A stretch of DNA of 40,357 nt from Candidatus Moraniibacteriota bacterium (GCA_030638895.1 DAOWDS010000029.1:1-40357), one strand, 5' to 3'. Positions 28,398-39,111 are shown, counted from the first letter of the stretch. Numbers and translations are program-made. The notes: generated from the letters alone by a model not told the origin.

Positions 28398-31385
28398 ATG
28401 CCAATAAGAAAGAAATATAGAGTGAAAAGTTCAAGCGTTAGAAAAAAAGAAGTCGCTAGAAAAAGGCGGACAGGCTTTAGGTTGCCAAGATTTACTAAAA
28501 TAAGGCCAAAAAAGAGATTAATTAAGAAAAGCGCGACTCCGTCTTTGCTTAGAAAGTTGTATAACTGCATAAAATCAAAAAAGAAAAAAAGTGGATTAAA
28601 AAAAACCTATAAAGCGGTTTTAAGACTGGCAATTTTATTTTCAGTTGTTGGGATAATTGGATTGATCGGAGTTTTTATCTATTTTTCAAAAGACATACCA
28701 AATCCGGACAAAATTGTTGATCGTAGCGTCGCGGAGTCTACAAAAATTTACGATCGCACTGGAGAACATCTTTTATATGAGATACATGGCGAAGAGAAAA
28801 GGACAATTGTCGGGCTTGATCAGGTTTCAAAAAATCTTATAAACGCAACGATTGCCACTGAAGACCAGGATTTTTACAAGCATCATGGCGTTGATTTTCG
28901 CGGAATAGCAAGAGCAATATATAAGGACATAAGAAGCGGAGAAAAGCTTCAAGGGGGGTCAACAATAACCCAGCAATTGATAAAAAATTCAATTTTAACT
29001 TCAGAAAGGACTTTTACAAGAAAAATAAAGGAAATAATTTTGGCGATTGAAACTGAACAAAAATTTAGCAAAGATGAAATTCTTGAAATGTATCTAAATC
29101 AAATTCCTTATGGATCTAACGCATATGGCATTGAAGCCGCTTCGCAGACCTTTTTTGAAAAATCTGCTAAAGATCTTGACGTTTCAGAAGCGGCTTTGCT
29201 TGCTGGCCTTCCCAAAGCTACGACTTATTATTCTCCGTATGGCGCGCATCCAGAAGCGCTGAAATCACGCTATAAAAACATCATTAACCAAATGAAGAAT
29301 GAGGGATATATAAGCGAAGAGGAAGCTAAACAAGCAGAAGAAGTTGAAATATTAAAAAAGATAAAACCATTTAGGGAAGATATAAAAGCGCCTCATTTCG
29401 TGATGTATGTTCGCCAGCAGCTTGCTGATGAATTTGGAGAAGAAAAGATTGAAAAAGGAGGGCTTAAAGTTTATACCACGCTTGATTATGATATGCAATT
29501 GATTGCCGAAAATGTTGTCAAAAAGGGGGCTGAGAAAAATTCTCAAAATTATAACGCGCGCAATGCAGCTTTAGTTGCTATTAATCCAAAGTCAGGACAA
29601 ATTTTGTCTATGGTCGGAAGCAAAGATTATTTTAATATGGAAGAAGATGGGAATGTGAATGTTGCAACTTCTAATCGTCAGCCAGGATCGTCTTTTAAGC
29701 CTTTTGTTTATGCTACGGCTTTTGGCAAAGAATACACTCCGGACACTATTCTTTTTGACGTTCAAACTAATTTTGGAAAAGACGGAAGCGGAAAAGACTA
29801 TGTTCCACAAAATTATAATTTTAGTTTTTCAGGACCAGTAACTATGAGATCTGCTCTAGCGCGGTCTTTAAATATTCCCGCTGTAAAAACATTATATTTA
29901 ACTGGAATTAATGATAGTATTCAAACAGCTCATAATTTGGGGATTTCCACTCTTAATAATCCGGAAAATTATGGATTATCACTGGTGCTTGGAACTGGAG
30001 AAGTAAAATTATTAGATATAGTTTCAGCTTATGGAGTTTTTGCAAATGACGGAAAAAGAAATTTTGCTGTTTCTGTTTTAAAAATAGAAGATGCAAATGG
30101 AAATATTTTAAAAGAATTTGAAGCAAATGAAAAACAAGTATTAGATATGGAAGTTGCGAGAAATATAAACAGTATATTATCTGATAATATTGCCAGAGCT
30201 CCGACGTTTGGGTCAGAAAGCAAATTATATCTTGACGAAAGGCCCGTGGCAGCCAAGACTGGGACAACAAGTGATTATAAGGACGGATGGACCGTAGGAT
30301 ATACTCCGAGTTTAGTGGCGGGAGTTTGGGCTGGGAACAATAAAGGCGAAAAAATGAAAAAAGGAGGAGGAATAACGGTAGCCGCTCCTATTTGGAATGA
30401 TTTTATGTATAAGGTTTTAGCGCTTGATTCAATTGAAAATTTTTCTGCTCCCGATAAAATTAAAACTGGAAAAACTGTTTTAGATGGAAATTATAAAAAT
30501 GAAGTAATTGTTAAAATTGACAAGGCTTGCGGAGATAAGCTTGCCAGCGAGCTTACGCCAGAAAATCAAATAGAAAAGAAAACCTATATAGAAGTTCATA
30601 ATATATTAAATTATGTCAAAAAGGACGATCCGCGCGGTGATTATCCTGAAAATCCAAGCAAAGATCCAAATTTTTCAAATTGGGAAGATGCTATTTTGAA
30701 ATGGGCAGCGGAAAATGCTGAAGAAGTGAATGTTAATCTTCCTATGGAAGTTTGTTCAGTAAGAGAAGACGATAAAATGCCAATTTTAAAAATCTCGTCT
30801 CCTCAAAACAACCAGATAATAAAGGCAGGCAAACTAGCCATAAAAGCAGAAGCTTCTACTGTTTTTGGCTTAAAACAGTTGGATTTTTATTTTGATGATG
30901 TTTTAATAGGGGTCGGAAAAACTTCTCCTTATGAGGTTTCTTATAAATTGCCAGCTGGAACTAAAGATGGCATACACACTGTTATAATCAGAGCTTATGA
31001 TAAAATAGACAATTCAGTTCAAAAAAACATATCAGTGATTGTAAGCAATAACAATATATCTTTATATTTAAAGCCCATACTAGACATCGATTTTCCATTT
31101 ATTATGAATGTTGCAACTTCAGGATTAGACGTAGAAAAAGTTTATTTTTATTATCAACTAGACAGCATATATGATGCTGATATGAATTTAATCAAAAAGC
31201 CTGGCTCAAAACAAGAAATAGGATCAGCCAAATTTTCCATTCCAGGCGAAAGCAATCTATATCAGATATTATGGGAAGAAGATAAACAATATTTTATTTC
31301 TGGAAAGTATAAGATTTTTGCTGTAATGGAAGATAAAAACGGAAAAACATACGAAAGCAACAAGAGATTTGTGGAAGTTAAATAG
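28398..31385 (+). CDS. Class A penicillin-binding protein (PBP1A family) with C-terminal Ig-like domain(s)
   Basis: EDQDFYKHHG, GGSTITQQL, RKIKE, YLN; SSFK (SxxK), SLN, KTG; C-terminal Big-like 'DFYFDD..PY..GIHT..RAYD'. Confidence 0.95.
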   Translation: MPIRKKYRVKSSSVRKKEVARKRRTGFRLPRFTKIRPKKRLIKKSATPSLLRKLYNCIKSKKKKSGLKKTYKAVLRLAILFSVVGIIGLIGVFIYFSKDIPNPDKIVDRSVAESTKIYDRTGEHLLYEIHGEEKRTIVGLDQVSKNLINATIATEDQDFYKHHGVDFRGIARAIYKDIRSGEKLQGGSTITQQLIKNSILTSERTFTRKIKEIILAIETEQKFSKDEILEMYLNQIPYGSNAYGIEAASQTFFEKSAKDLDVSEAALLAGLPKATTYYSPYGAHPEALKSRYKNIINQMKNEGYISEEEAKQAEEVEILKKIKPFREDIKAPHFVMYVRQQLADEFGEEKIEKGGLKVYTTLDYDMQLIAENVVKKGAEKNSQNYNARNAALVAINPKSGQILSMVGSKDYFNMEEDGNVNVATSNRQPGSSFKPFVYATAFGKEYTPDTILFDVQTNFGKDGSGKDYVPQNYNFSFSGPVTMRSALARSLNIPAVKTLYLTGINDSIQTAHNLGISTLNNPENYGLSLVLGTGEVKLLDIVSAYGVFANDGKRNFAVSVLKIEDANGNILKEFEANEKQVLDMEVARNINSILSDNIARAPTFGSESKLYLDERPVAAKTGTTSDYKDGWTVGYTPSLVAGVWAGNNKGEKMKKGGGITVAAPIWNDFMYKVLALDSIENFSAPDKIKTGKTVLDGNYKNEVIVKIDKACGDKLASELTPENQIEKKTYIEVHNILNYVKKDDPRGDYPENPSKDPNFSNWEDAILKWAAENAEEVNVNLPMEVCSVREDDKMPILKISSPQNNQIIKAGKLAIKAEASTVFGLKQLDFYFDDVLIGVGKTSPYEVSYKLPAGTKDGIHTVIIRAYDKIDNSVQKNISVIVSNNNISLYLKPILDIDFPFIMNVATSGLDVEKVYFYYQLDSIYDADMNLIKKPGSKQEIGSAKFSIPGESNLYQILWEEDKQYFISGKYKIFAVMEDKNGKTYESNKRFVEVK

Positions 31386-31406
31386 ATATTGAAAATTAGG
31401 ATATTG

Positions 31407-31510
31407 TTCTACGGCGCTTTAGCGCACGGTTTGCGAGGTTTTAACCTCGCGAGATTGATATTATTCGTGAGGTTAAAACCTCACCGACCCTCAGCTAAAG
31501 CTGGGTAGAA
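31407..31510. repeat. Composite inverted repeat: inner REP doublet within an outer inverted repeat
   Basis: GCGAGGTTTTAACCTCGC (31433-31450) and GTGAGGTTAAAACCTCAC (31467-31484), flanked by TTCTAC..GCTTTAGC / GCTAAAGC..GTAGAA. Confidence 0.85.
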
Positions 31511-31550
31511 TATTCACTTACTTATTTTTTAAATAAACTAAACAAAAAAC

Positions 31551-32189
31551 ATGGCACGAATTTTAGTTTTTGGGGATAGTATAACTTATGGGGCCTGGGA
31601 TGCGATAAGGGGGGGGTGGGCAAATAGATTGAAAAGTTTTTGTATGGAAAGAGAATTAGAAAATCCAGAATTTGATTATCCTGTTTATAATCTTGGAATT
31701 TCCGGAGATAATTCAAGAGAGATGGTAAAAAGATTTGAATTTGAAGCAAGTCAGAGGCTAGAAGAAGATGAACCAATAATTATATTTGCGATTGGTATAA
31801 ATGATTCTCAATTTGTTAAAAGCGAGGATGACTTTAGAGTTCCTAAAAATGAATTCAGAAAAAATATAGAGCAACTAATAAAGTTTTCTAGAAAATTTTC
31901 TTCAAAAATAGTTTTTATTGGACTTACTGCTGTTGATGAGTTAAAAGTAAATCCTAATCCATGGGATAATAATAAGTCATATAAGAATGAATATATAGAA
32001 AAATATGATTTTATTATAAAATCTATCTGCAAAGAGAAAAAAATACATTTTATAAATATATATGAAGAATTTAATAAACTGGATTATAAAAAATTATTAG
32101 AAGACGGATTGCATCCGAATTTAGAGGGGCATCAGAAAATGTTTGAGATTGTGATAGATTTTTTGATGGAGAGGGGAATTGTAAAATAA
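31551..32189 (+). CDS. SGNH/GDSL hydrolase
   Basis: FGDSIT, NLGISG, GIND, DGLHPN. Confidence 0.93.
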   Translation: MARILVFGDSITYGAWDAIRGGWANRLKSFCMERELENPEFDYPVYNLGISGDNSREMVKRFEFEASQRLEEDEPIIIFAIGINDSQFVKSEDDFRVPKNEFRKNIEQLIKFSRKFSSKIVFIGLTAVDELKVNPNPWDNNKSYKNEYIEKYDFIIKSICKEKKIHFINIYEEFNKLDYKKLLEDGLHPNLEGHQKMFEIVIDFLMERGIVK

Positions 32190-32199
32190 ATTGTTTAAT

Positions 32200-32346
32200 G
32201 CGGGAACTGTTTTGTAAACAGTTTCCAATGTTTCCCAAGCAAATAATATTTATCAAACATTCTATCCACAATAAAAACGCAAAACGGTAAGATAAAAATT
32301 ACTGAAACTTAAAAACAAAAAGAACTGTTTACAAAACAGTTCCCAC
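32200..32346. repeat. Inverted REP doublet (GTRG-type)
   Basis: GCGGGAACTGTTTTGTAAACAGTTTC and GAACTGTTTACAAAACAGTTCCCAC. Confidence 0.85.
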
Positions 32347-32419
32347 GGAGATATGGTGGTATTACTTTAAATTCTGAGTTTTAAATAAAACAAATGTATT
32401 AATCCATAAAAACAAAAAT

Positions 32420-35400
32420 ATGACAAAGAAAATTTTTACAAAAATGCATGATTATTTTCTTCGGAATAAGAAAAGATCAATTGCCATTGTTTTATTCTTG
32501 TTTATCCTATTGGTTAGCGGGATACTTTTTTTAACAAAAGACAGAAGGTCGGATTTTTTAAATCCGCGTTCTGAATACGCGCAGGTCTATTCTATTGTAA
32601 ACGACAAAATCTCTCAAAGCGCGAATATTGCCATTAATCTTCCCGCGAATATGAAAATTAGCAAGGCGGAGGCTCAGAATAGCATTAAATTTTCACCGGA
32701 AATAAAAGGAATATGGATAGAAACAGCAGAAAAGGAAAAAATTATCTTCAAACCGGAAGAAAAACTGAAACTTAACAGATATTATTCAGTTATTTTGGAA
32801 ATCGCGGATAGCTCTATCGGCGGAGATTTTCTCATTGTTGATGATCCGAAAGTTTTGACTGTTTTCCCGAAAGCTAATTCCGAAGCAAGCGAGGATTCAG
32901 AAATTACGGTAATGTTTAATAGGCCGATGGTGCCGATAACAACACTGGATGTTTTGGCGGATTTTGACATTCCCATAGAGATTAGTCCTGCGACGGCAGG
33001 CAAATTTAAATGGATTGGAACAAGAACTGTTCAGTTTGTTGCAGATGAAAGGCTGGCGCGCTCTTCAAACTACACGGTTAAAATAAAATCCGATTTTGTT
33101 TCTATGGACGGATTAAAGATAGGCGATTTTGAGCACAAATTTCAAACAAGAGCTTTGCGATATCTTTCTACTGACAATAGCGTTGTTATTTACAATAGTC
33201 CAATTAGAGTAGCATTTAATCAGCCAGTTGATCTGAAAAAAACAATTAATGAAATTACGCTTAAAAATGTTACCGATAATAATAAACAAATTGATTTTAT
33301 CGCCGAATATGGAACTAAAAGTATTTATAATAAAGAAAATAAAAAATATGAAAATATAACCGACGAAGCTGTAATTTTAATTTATAATAAAAAAGATAGG
33401 CATGGCAGAGGAAAGCTGTGGGATTTTAACAGTAGCTATTATTTTAATATTGAGAAGATTTATCCGCAAGAAGGAGATATTATTCTTGAAGAAGCGCGAC
33501 AGTTGACAATTGCTGTTTCCGGAGAAATTAAGCAAGTCAGCGCTTCTTCGGAAAGGACAAGTTTTTCTTCTTCTGATTTCTTTGATCCGCAGGGAAAACT
33601 ATGGATTGAATTTTATGAAGATATTGATTTGGCAAAAAGCGGGATAAGCGCTGACAAAATGACAGAAATCGGCTACGGGGAAAAGTGCAAAGATGAAAAC
33701 GAGAATTTAAAATTCTCAGGGAGCGTAGAATGTGAAAAAGGGGACGATCAAAAGAGAATTTACCTGACATTTAATTATGGCAAGATCAATAATTTAGATG
33801 CTTTAAAATTAAACATTAACGCAATCGTAAGCAGCAAAGGGTTTAAACTTAACGTTAAGCCGATTATAAAAGATATTAAAATAATTCCTAAATTAAAAAT
33901 ATTAAAAACTATTCCCGAATACAACGAGAGCAATGCCAGTTTAAGTGAATTTATAATTTGTTCTAATAGTCCGTTGACAGTTCCAGCAAAAGAGGATATC
34001 AGCGATTATATTAAAGCTAATCCGGGTTTTGAGTTTAAATATTGGAACAGACCGATAAAAATTACTGAAAATAATGTAAAATATCGCAAATGCCGTGTTA
34101 GCGAGTTTGAAACTAAAATTTCTTATGGATTAATGCCAGAGAATGACTACAGCATAGAAGTTAAAGCCATAGATGATTTTGGAGAAAAGGAAACAATAAA
34201 TAAAATATTTAAAACAGGAAAGATGCCAGAGCGCTATCTTAATTTTCATAATTTTCAAAGGCAATACAGCATTACAACTCCAGACAAAACCAAGCTAACT
34301 TACGCTGTTGAAAATATGGATTACGTTAATTTACATATCTGTAAATTAAAGCCGCAAGATATGCTTTATTATCTAGAGAACAAGCCGTCTTATACAAGCT
34401 CTGCTTATTCAATCGGAAATTGCGAAAAAGTTATCAGCAAGAAAATAGAATTGCAAAAAAAATATTGGGTCAAAAATTATTTTACGGTTGACCTTGAAGA
34501 TCATCTGAAAGATCCTCTGGGGCATTACATCCTGACTTTTTCGCATCCTGATTATAAAACAAGATCAAGATATGACAAAGATAAAAAACAGGTATATGAA
34601 AGAACTTATTTAACCGTGACAAATCTTGGCATTGTGGAAAAAAGAGTTGAGATAAGAAATAGCGGAACTAATCAAGAGATTAATTTAAACAGTGAACAGC
34701 AAGCTAAATTAAAGAATATTTATTGGGTAACTAATTTGAAAAGCGCGAATCCGATTGAAGGAGCGGAAGTTCAGCTTTTTGAAGGTGTTAAAGAAAAATC
34801 TTCAGTCAAGATGAAAAAATTGTCTTCATATGTTACGAATAGATCGGGTATTGTTGAGACGGCGGTCGCTAATAATTTGCATGGAGTTGTTGTTACGAAC
34901 GGAAGCGACAGCGCTTTAATTTCTCGCTACGACAATAAGCTTGGCCATGGAAACATCGCCAGAACCGCCCAAAAAATATATTCATATACGGATCGGCCGA
35001 TTTATAAGCCTGGACAAGAGGTTTATATAAAAGGGCTTTACAGAATAGGATATGACGGCGACTATGAAATTTTTAGGGAGAAAAACATTCCGTTGAAAAT
35101 CTATAATAGCAAGAATGAAGAAATATTAAATCAAGAATTGGAAGTAAATGACTTCGGCACCTTCAACACAAAATTGATTTTAGATACAAAAGCTCCATTG
35201 GGCCGGTACAGGATTGATGTCAAAGGCGTGAACACCTATTTTGAGGTTGAGGAATATGTTCCGGCCTCGTTTAAAGTTGAAGCGCAGATAGATAAAGAAG
35301 AATATATTTCGGGCGATGTTTTTAATATGGAAATTGACGCCAGTTATTATTTTGGAGCGTCTGTTGAGGGTGGAGAGGTTGAATATAGCATTGGAAGCCA

Positions 35401-38400
35401 AAATTATTATTTTGACAAATATAAGGATGAATATTTCAATTTTGGATCGTCGTGGTATTATTGTTACGATTGCAGTTATGGGGATAAATTTATTTTGAGA
35501 AATAAAACCGAATTAGACAGTTCCGGCAAGGCTAAAATATCGCACCAGCTTGATCTGAATAAATTATTTGAAGACCAAGAAGATATAAAAAGCAAAATAT
35601 TTGTTGTTTATCTGACTGTTAAAAATTCCAACGGTCAGGCTGTTTCCGCGCAGAGATCGTTTATTGTCCATAGGGGAGAATATTATCTTGGGCTGAAAAC
35701 TGATAAATACTTTTTGAGTAAAAATGAATCTTTCAAAACCAAAGTAAAATCAATTAATACTGAAGGAAAAGAAATTTCCGTTCAAAACATTAAACTGCAA
35801 ATTAATAAGATAAAATGGGTTCAGAATAAAAGGAAAGAGGTTGACGGCGGATATTATTATAAATGGGAAAAGGAACTGGAATTGATTCAAGAAAAAACAG
35901 TCAGTACCAACCAAAACGGTGATTGGAGCGGAAACTTTTCTTTAGACAGAGAAGGGGAATATGAATTAAAGGCGGTAAGCAGAGATAATAGAGGAAATGT
36001 GATCACAAACAGATATAATATTTATGTTTATGGAGGTGCTCAAGTTGACATTAGAAGAACAAACGACACGGAACTGGAAATAGTTGTTGATAAAAGCAAT
36101 TTAAAGGTAGGCGATGAGGCGAAGATCATTATTAAATCTCCTTATAAAAAGGCTAAAGCGCTGATTAGTGTTGAAAGAGGAAAAGTTTTTAAATATGAAA
36201 TCGTTGATATTGATCAAAATCTTTACGATTATAAATTTAAGGTATTATCAAATTATACTCCTAACTTTTATGTCTCGGTAATTCTGCTTTCCGCGGATTC
36301 AGATCCTGATGTTAAATTCGGGCAAGTTGGATTTAAAGTTGACACAGAGAGGAGGGAATTGGATATTTCTGTCCAGTCTGATAAAAAAACATATTTGCCG
36401 GGAGAAGAAGTAGTATTGAATTTTAATTCAAAAGATTACGCGGGCAATCCCGTGGAAACGGAATTTTCAGTGGCGGTTGCCGATTTGAGCGTTCTGGCGT
36501 TGAAAGGAAACCCAAAGAAAAATCCGCTCGTGTTTTTTTACGGCGGATTTCCTTTGACAATCTCAACTTCCAGCAATTTGGAAAATATTCTTTACGAAGT
36601 TGATATTGCCAGTGAAACTAAGGGCGGCGGCGGAGCGGAGTCAGAGGACCTGGCAAAGAAGAAGAGAGGAATTTTCAAAGATACCGCTTTATGGCAAGCG
36701 GTCGTTAGAACGGACCAGAACGGACAAGCGGAAATAAAATTTACTTTGCCAGATAATTTAACCACTTGGCAAATTGAGTCAATCGGAATCAGCAAGGATA
36801 CAAAATTAGGCGTTGATTATCAGGAATTTATCGCGCGCAAGAATGTAATGCTTGTTCCGCTAAAGCCGCGTTTCATAGTTCCCGGAGATGAATTTTATCT
36901 GGGCGCGAAAATTTTCAATCAGACCGATAAAATGCAAAATTTGAAAGTTGAATTTTCCAGCGGGACATTATCCTTGAGAAATGATCAAAGCAAAAAAAGC
37001 GTTCAAATAGAAGCAAATGAATCAAAAACTGTCTACTTTAATGTCACGGCTGATTCGTCCAAGCAAAATGGATCTCACCGGTTTATTCTGTCCGCTAAAA
37101 ATAGCGCTTACGAAGACACCGTGGAAAACACTATCAAGATAACAAGAAATGACACTTACGAGGCGACAGCGATGGCGGGATACTCAAACGCGGCTCTTGT
37201 CAAAGAATTTGTTTATTTGCCTGAAAATATTGTCGGAGACAAAGGCGGACTGACTGTTCAGAGCAGCGCTACTCTGGCTGTTTTCTTGTCAGACGCCTTA
37301 AATTATTTAATGGCTTATCCTTATGGATGCAGCGAGCAAATTGCCAGCAAGCTTGATTCGATCGCGATCGTTAAAAAGGGATTGAATCTAAAAAATATCG
37401 GCGATAAATTTGAATTGGAAGACATTGAATTTGACGGGCGGAAATGGACAATAGACGAGGTTGTGGAGATCGGACTGGCAAGGATCTATGAAAATCAAAA
37501 ATCTAACGGAGGATTTGCGTATTATCCGGATGGAGATCCGAGCATATATTTAACATTGCATATAACTGATACTCTAAAAGATTTGAAAGACGCGGGATAC
37601 GAGATAAATGATAACAGTTTAAAGCGAGCTTTTGTCTATATTAATAATACGGTGAGTTACGATAAAAATTTGCAGAAAAATAAGGACTTGGTTATTTTGG
37701 CAACTAATTCTTTGCTGGAAATTAGAGATTATGGAAAGATCAATCCCAGCTTGATAAGCTATATAAAAAGACTGAGAAACGACAAGTTGTTTCTTAATGA
37801 ACAAGTTAGCAATACTTCTCTCACTACTTTAGCTGTGATGCTAAGTGATAATGAAAATATTTTTGGCAAGGAATACAAAAATGAAGTGTTTAATATTCTG
37901 GAAAATAGAATTGACATTGATTCTCGCGGAGCATTCCTGCCATCCGGCAAAAATGTGATTTGGCAATATTATGGAACGCAAACCAAAGATACCGCTTTAT
38001 TGCTTAAAGCTTTGTCAAAAGACGAGAGGGATAATGAGATTCTAGACAAGATCCTGCGCTGGCTGTTGCGAAGCCGTGGCAAAGACGGATCGTGGGGTTC
38101 AACAAATAATACTATTTCTGTTATTGACGCGATGACCGACTATCTTATTTGGCAAAGGGAAACTGAGTCTGAATTTACTTTAAAAGTTCTGCTTGATAGC
38201 AAGGAAAAACAGTCTTTTGATTATAACGCGCAGACGATTCTTAATCAAAACAGTTTAGAAATTTCAGTAAGCGAATTGGGACTTGGATCTTTCAGTTCGC
38301 TTATCTTTGAAAAGACAAACCATAATAAACTAAATAATAACTTCTATTACGACATTTCTTTGAAATATTTTTTGCCTGTTGATACAATTCCTCCGCGAGA

Positions 38401-38866
38401 CGAAGGGTTTTCGATCACGCGCGAATTTTATCATCTAGAAGACAAAGAAGGAGAAAGTCCTATTACACAGGCAAGCCCAGGAGATGTGCTACGCGGACAA
38501 ATCAAAGTGTTTGTTCCCGAAGGCAGAAACTTTGTCGCGGTAGAAGATTTCATTCCCGCGGGAGTGGAGCTGATTAATTTCAACTTGAACACAGAGGATA
38601 AATCTCTTTTAGCGGAAGAGCAAAATGATCAAGACTGGTGGCGCGATTACTACAATAACAAAAAATTGCGTCCAAGTATGAAAGAACTAAGAGACGACCG
38701 CTTGTTCCTCTTTAAGGAAAATCTTCCTGCCGGAGAGTATGAATACGATTATTTCGTCCGCGTTTTAATCCCCGGCAAATTTCATCATCTCCCAGCCGTT
38801 GTCTCCGAAATGTACTTTCCCGAAAATTTCGCCAGAACAAGCGGGAGGTATTTTGAGGTGAAGTAG
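32420..38866 (+). CDS. Bacterial alpha-2-macroglobulin family protein with N-terminal Ig-like domains
   Basis: N-terminal TM; FNRPMV Ig-like; YTDRPIYKPG (MG2); FTLPDNLTTW; thioester YPYGCSEQ; C-terminal EMYFPE. Confidence 0.95.
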   Translation: MTKKIFTKMHDYFLRNKKRSIAIVLFLFILLVSGILFLTKDRRSDFLNPRSEYAQVYSIVNDKISQSANIAINLPANMKISKAEAQNSIKFSPEIKGIWIETAEKEKIIFKPEEKLKLNRYYSVILEIADSSIGGDFLIVDDPKVLTVFPKANSEASEDSEITVMFNRPMVPITTLDVLADFDIPIEISPATAGKFKWIGTRTVQFVADERLARSSNYTVKIKSDFVSMDGLKIGDFEHKFQTRALRYLSTDNSVVIYNSPIRVAFNQPVDLKKTINEITLKNVTDNNKQIDFIAEYGTKSIYNKENKKYENITDEAVILIYNKKDRHGRGKLWDFNSSYYFNIEKIYPQEGDIILEEARQLTIAVSGEIKQVSASSERTSFSSSDFFDPQGKLWIEFYEDIDLAKSGISADKMTEIGYGEKCKDENENLKFSGSVECEKGDDQKRIYLTFNYGKINNLDALKLNINAIVSSKGFKLNVKPIIKDIKIIPKLKILKTIPEYNESNASLSEFIICSNSPLTVPAKEDISDYIKANPGFEFKYWNRPIKITENNVKYRKCRVSEFETKISYGLMPENDYSIEVKAIDDFGEKETINKIFKTGKMPERYLNFHNFQRQYSITTPDKTKLTYAVENMDYVNLHICKLKPQDMLYYLENKPSYTSSAYSIGNCEKVISKKIELQKKYWVKNYFTVDLEDHLKDPLGHYILTFSHPDYKTRSRYDKDKKQVYERTYLTVTNLGIVEKRVEIRNSGTNQEINLNSEQQAKLKNIYWVTNLKSANPIEGAEVQLFEGVKEKSSVKMKKLSSYVTNRSGIVETAVANNLHGVVVTNGSDSALISRYDNKLGHGNIARTAQKIYSYTDRPIYKPGQEVYIKGLYRIGYDGDYEIFREKNIPLKIYNSKNEEILNQELEVNDFGTFNTKLILDTKAPLGRYRIDVKGVNTYFEVEEYVPASFKVEAQIDKEEYISGDVFNMEIDASYYFGASVEGGEVEYSIGSQNYYFDKYKDEYFNFGSSWYYCYDCSYGDKFILRNKTELDSSGKAKISHQLDLNKLFEDQEDIKSKIFVVYLTVKNSNGQAVSAQRSFIVHRGEYYLGLKTDKYFLSKNESFKTKVKSINTEGKEISVQNIKLQINKIKWVQNKRKEVDGGYYYKWEKELELIQEKTVSTNQNGDWSGNFSLDREGEYELKAVSRDNRGNVITNRYNIYVYGGAQVDIRRTNDTELEIVVDKSNLKVGDEAKIIIKSPYKKAKALISVERGKVFKYEIVDIDQNLYDYKFKVLSNYTPNFYVSVILLSADSDPDVKFGQVGFKVDTERRELDISVQSDKKTYLPGEEVVLNFNSKDYAGNPVETEFSVAVADLSVLALKGNPKKNPLVFFYGGFPLTISTSSNLENILYEVDIASETKGGGGAESEDLAKKKRGIFKDTALWQAVVRTDQNGQAEIKFTLPDNLTTWQIESIGISKDTKLGVDYQEFIARKNVMLVPLKPRFIVPGDEFYLGAKIFNQTDKMQNLKVEFSSGTLSLRNDQSKKSVQIEANESKTVYFNVTADSSKQNGSHRFILSAKNSAYEDTVENTIKITRNDTYEATAMAGYSNAALVKEFVYLPENIVGDKGGLTVQSSATLAVFLSDALNYLMAYPYGCSEQIASKLDSIAIVKKGLNLKNIGDKFELEDIEFDGRKWTIDEVVEIGLARIYENQKSNGGFAYYPDGDPSIYLTLHITDTLKDLKDAGYEINDNSLKRAFVYINNTVSYDKNLQKNKDLVILATNSLLEIRDYGKINPSLISYIKRLRNDKLFLNEQVSNTSLTTLAVMLSDNENIFGKEYKNEVFNILENRIDIDSRGAFLPSGKNVIWQYYGTQTKDTALLLKALSKDERDNEILDKILRWLLRSRGKDGSWGSTNNTISVIDAMTDYLIWQRETESEFTLKVLLDSKEKQSFDYNAQTILNQNSLEISVSELGLGSFSSLIFEKTNHNKLNNNFYYDISLKYFLPVDTIPPRDEGFSITREFYHLEDKEGESPITQASPGDVLRGQIKVFVPEGRNFVAVEDFIPAGVELINFNLNTEDKSLLAEEQNDQDWWRDYYNNKKLRPSMKELRDDRLFLFKENLPAGEYEYDYFVRVLIPGKFHHLPAVVSEMYFPENFARTSGRYFEVK

Positions 38867-38882
38867 GGAGTTTGGAATTATT

Positions 38883-38914
38883 CCGCCCAAGGCGCAATTG
38901 TCCGCCTTGGGAGG
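38883..38914. repeat. GC-rich hairpin downstream of A2M (repeat element or terminator-like)
   Basis: CCCAAGGCG-CAATTGTC-CGCCTTGGG; no U-tract; followed by (GGAATTATGAATC)x2. Confidence 0.55.
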
Positions 38915-38971
38915 AGACCAGCTCTGGGCTGGGAATTATGAATCAGGAATTATGAATCGCGTAAATTTAAC

Positions 38972-39008
38972 TGTCATTCTGGAGGGAGTGGAACGACCGA
39001 TAGAATCC
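38972..39008. repeat. GTCATTCT...AGAATC palindromic element
   Basis: TGTCATTCTGGAGGGAGTGGAACGACCGATAGAATCC; same termini as 3974 and 28242 elements. Confidence 0.6.
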
Positions 39009-39048
39009 CGTTTTTACACTCTCTTGAGAGGAGTAAGTCTGCGCAATC

Positions 39049-39100
39049 TTGACAGTATTTTGATATAATATACAATAGAAGTATACAAATTTGTATACTT
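39049..39100 (+). promoter_or_regulatory. abiE promoter and operator-like palindrome
   Basis: TTGACA(39049)-16 nt-TACAAT(39071); perfect 22-bp palindrome AAGTATACAAATTTGTATACTT at 39079-39100. Confidence 0.8.
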
Positions 39101-39111
39101 ATGTCAAAAAT

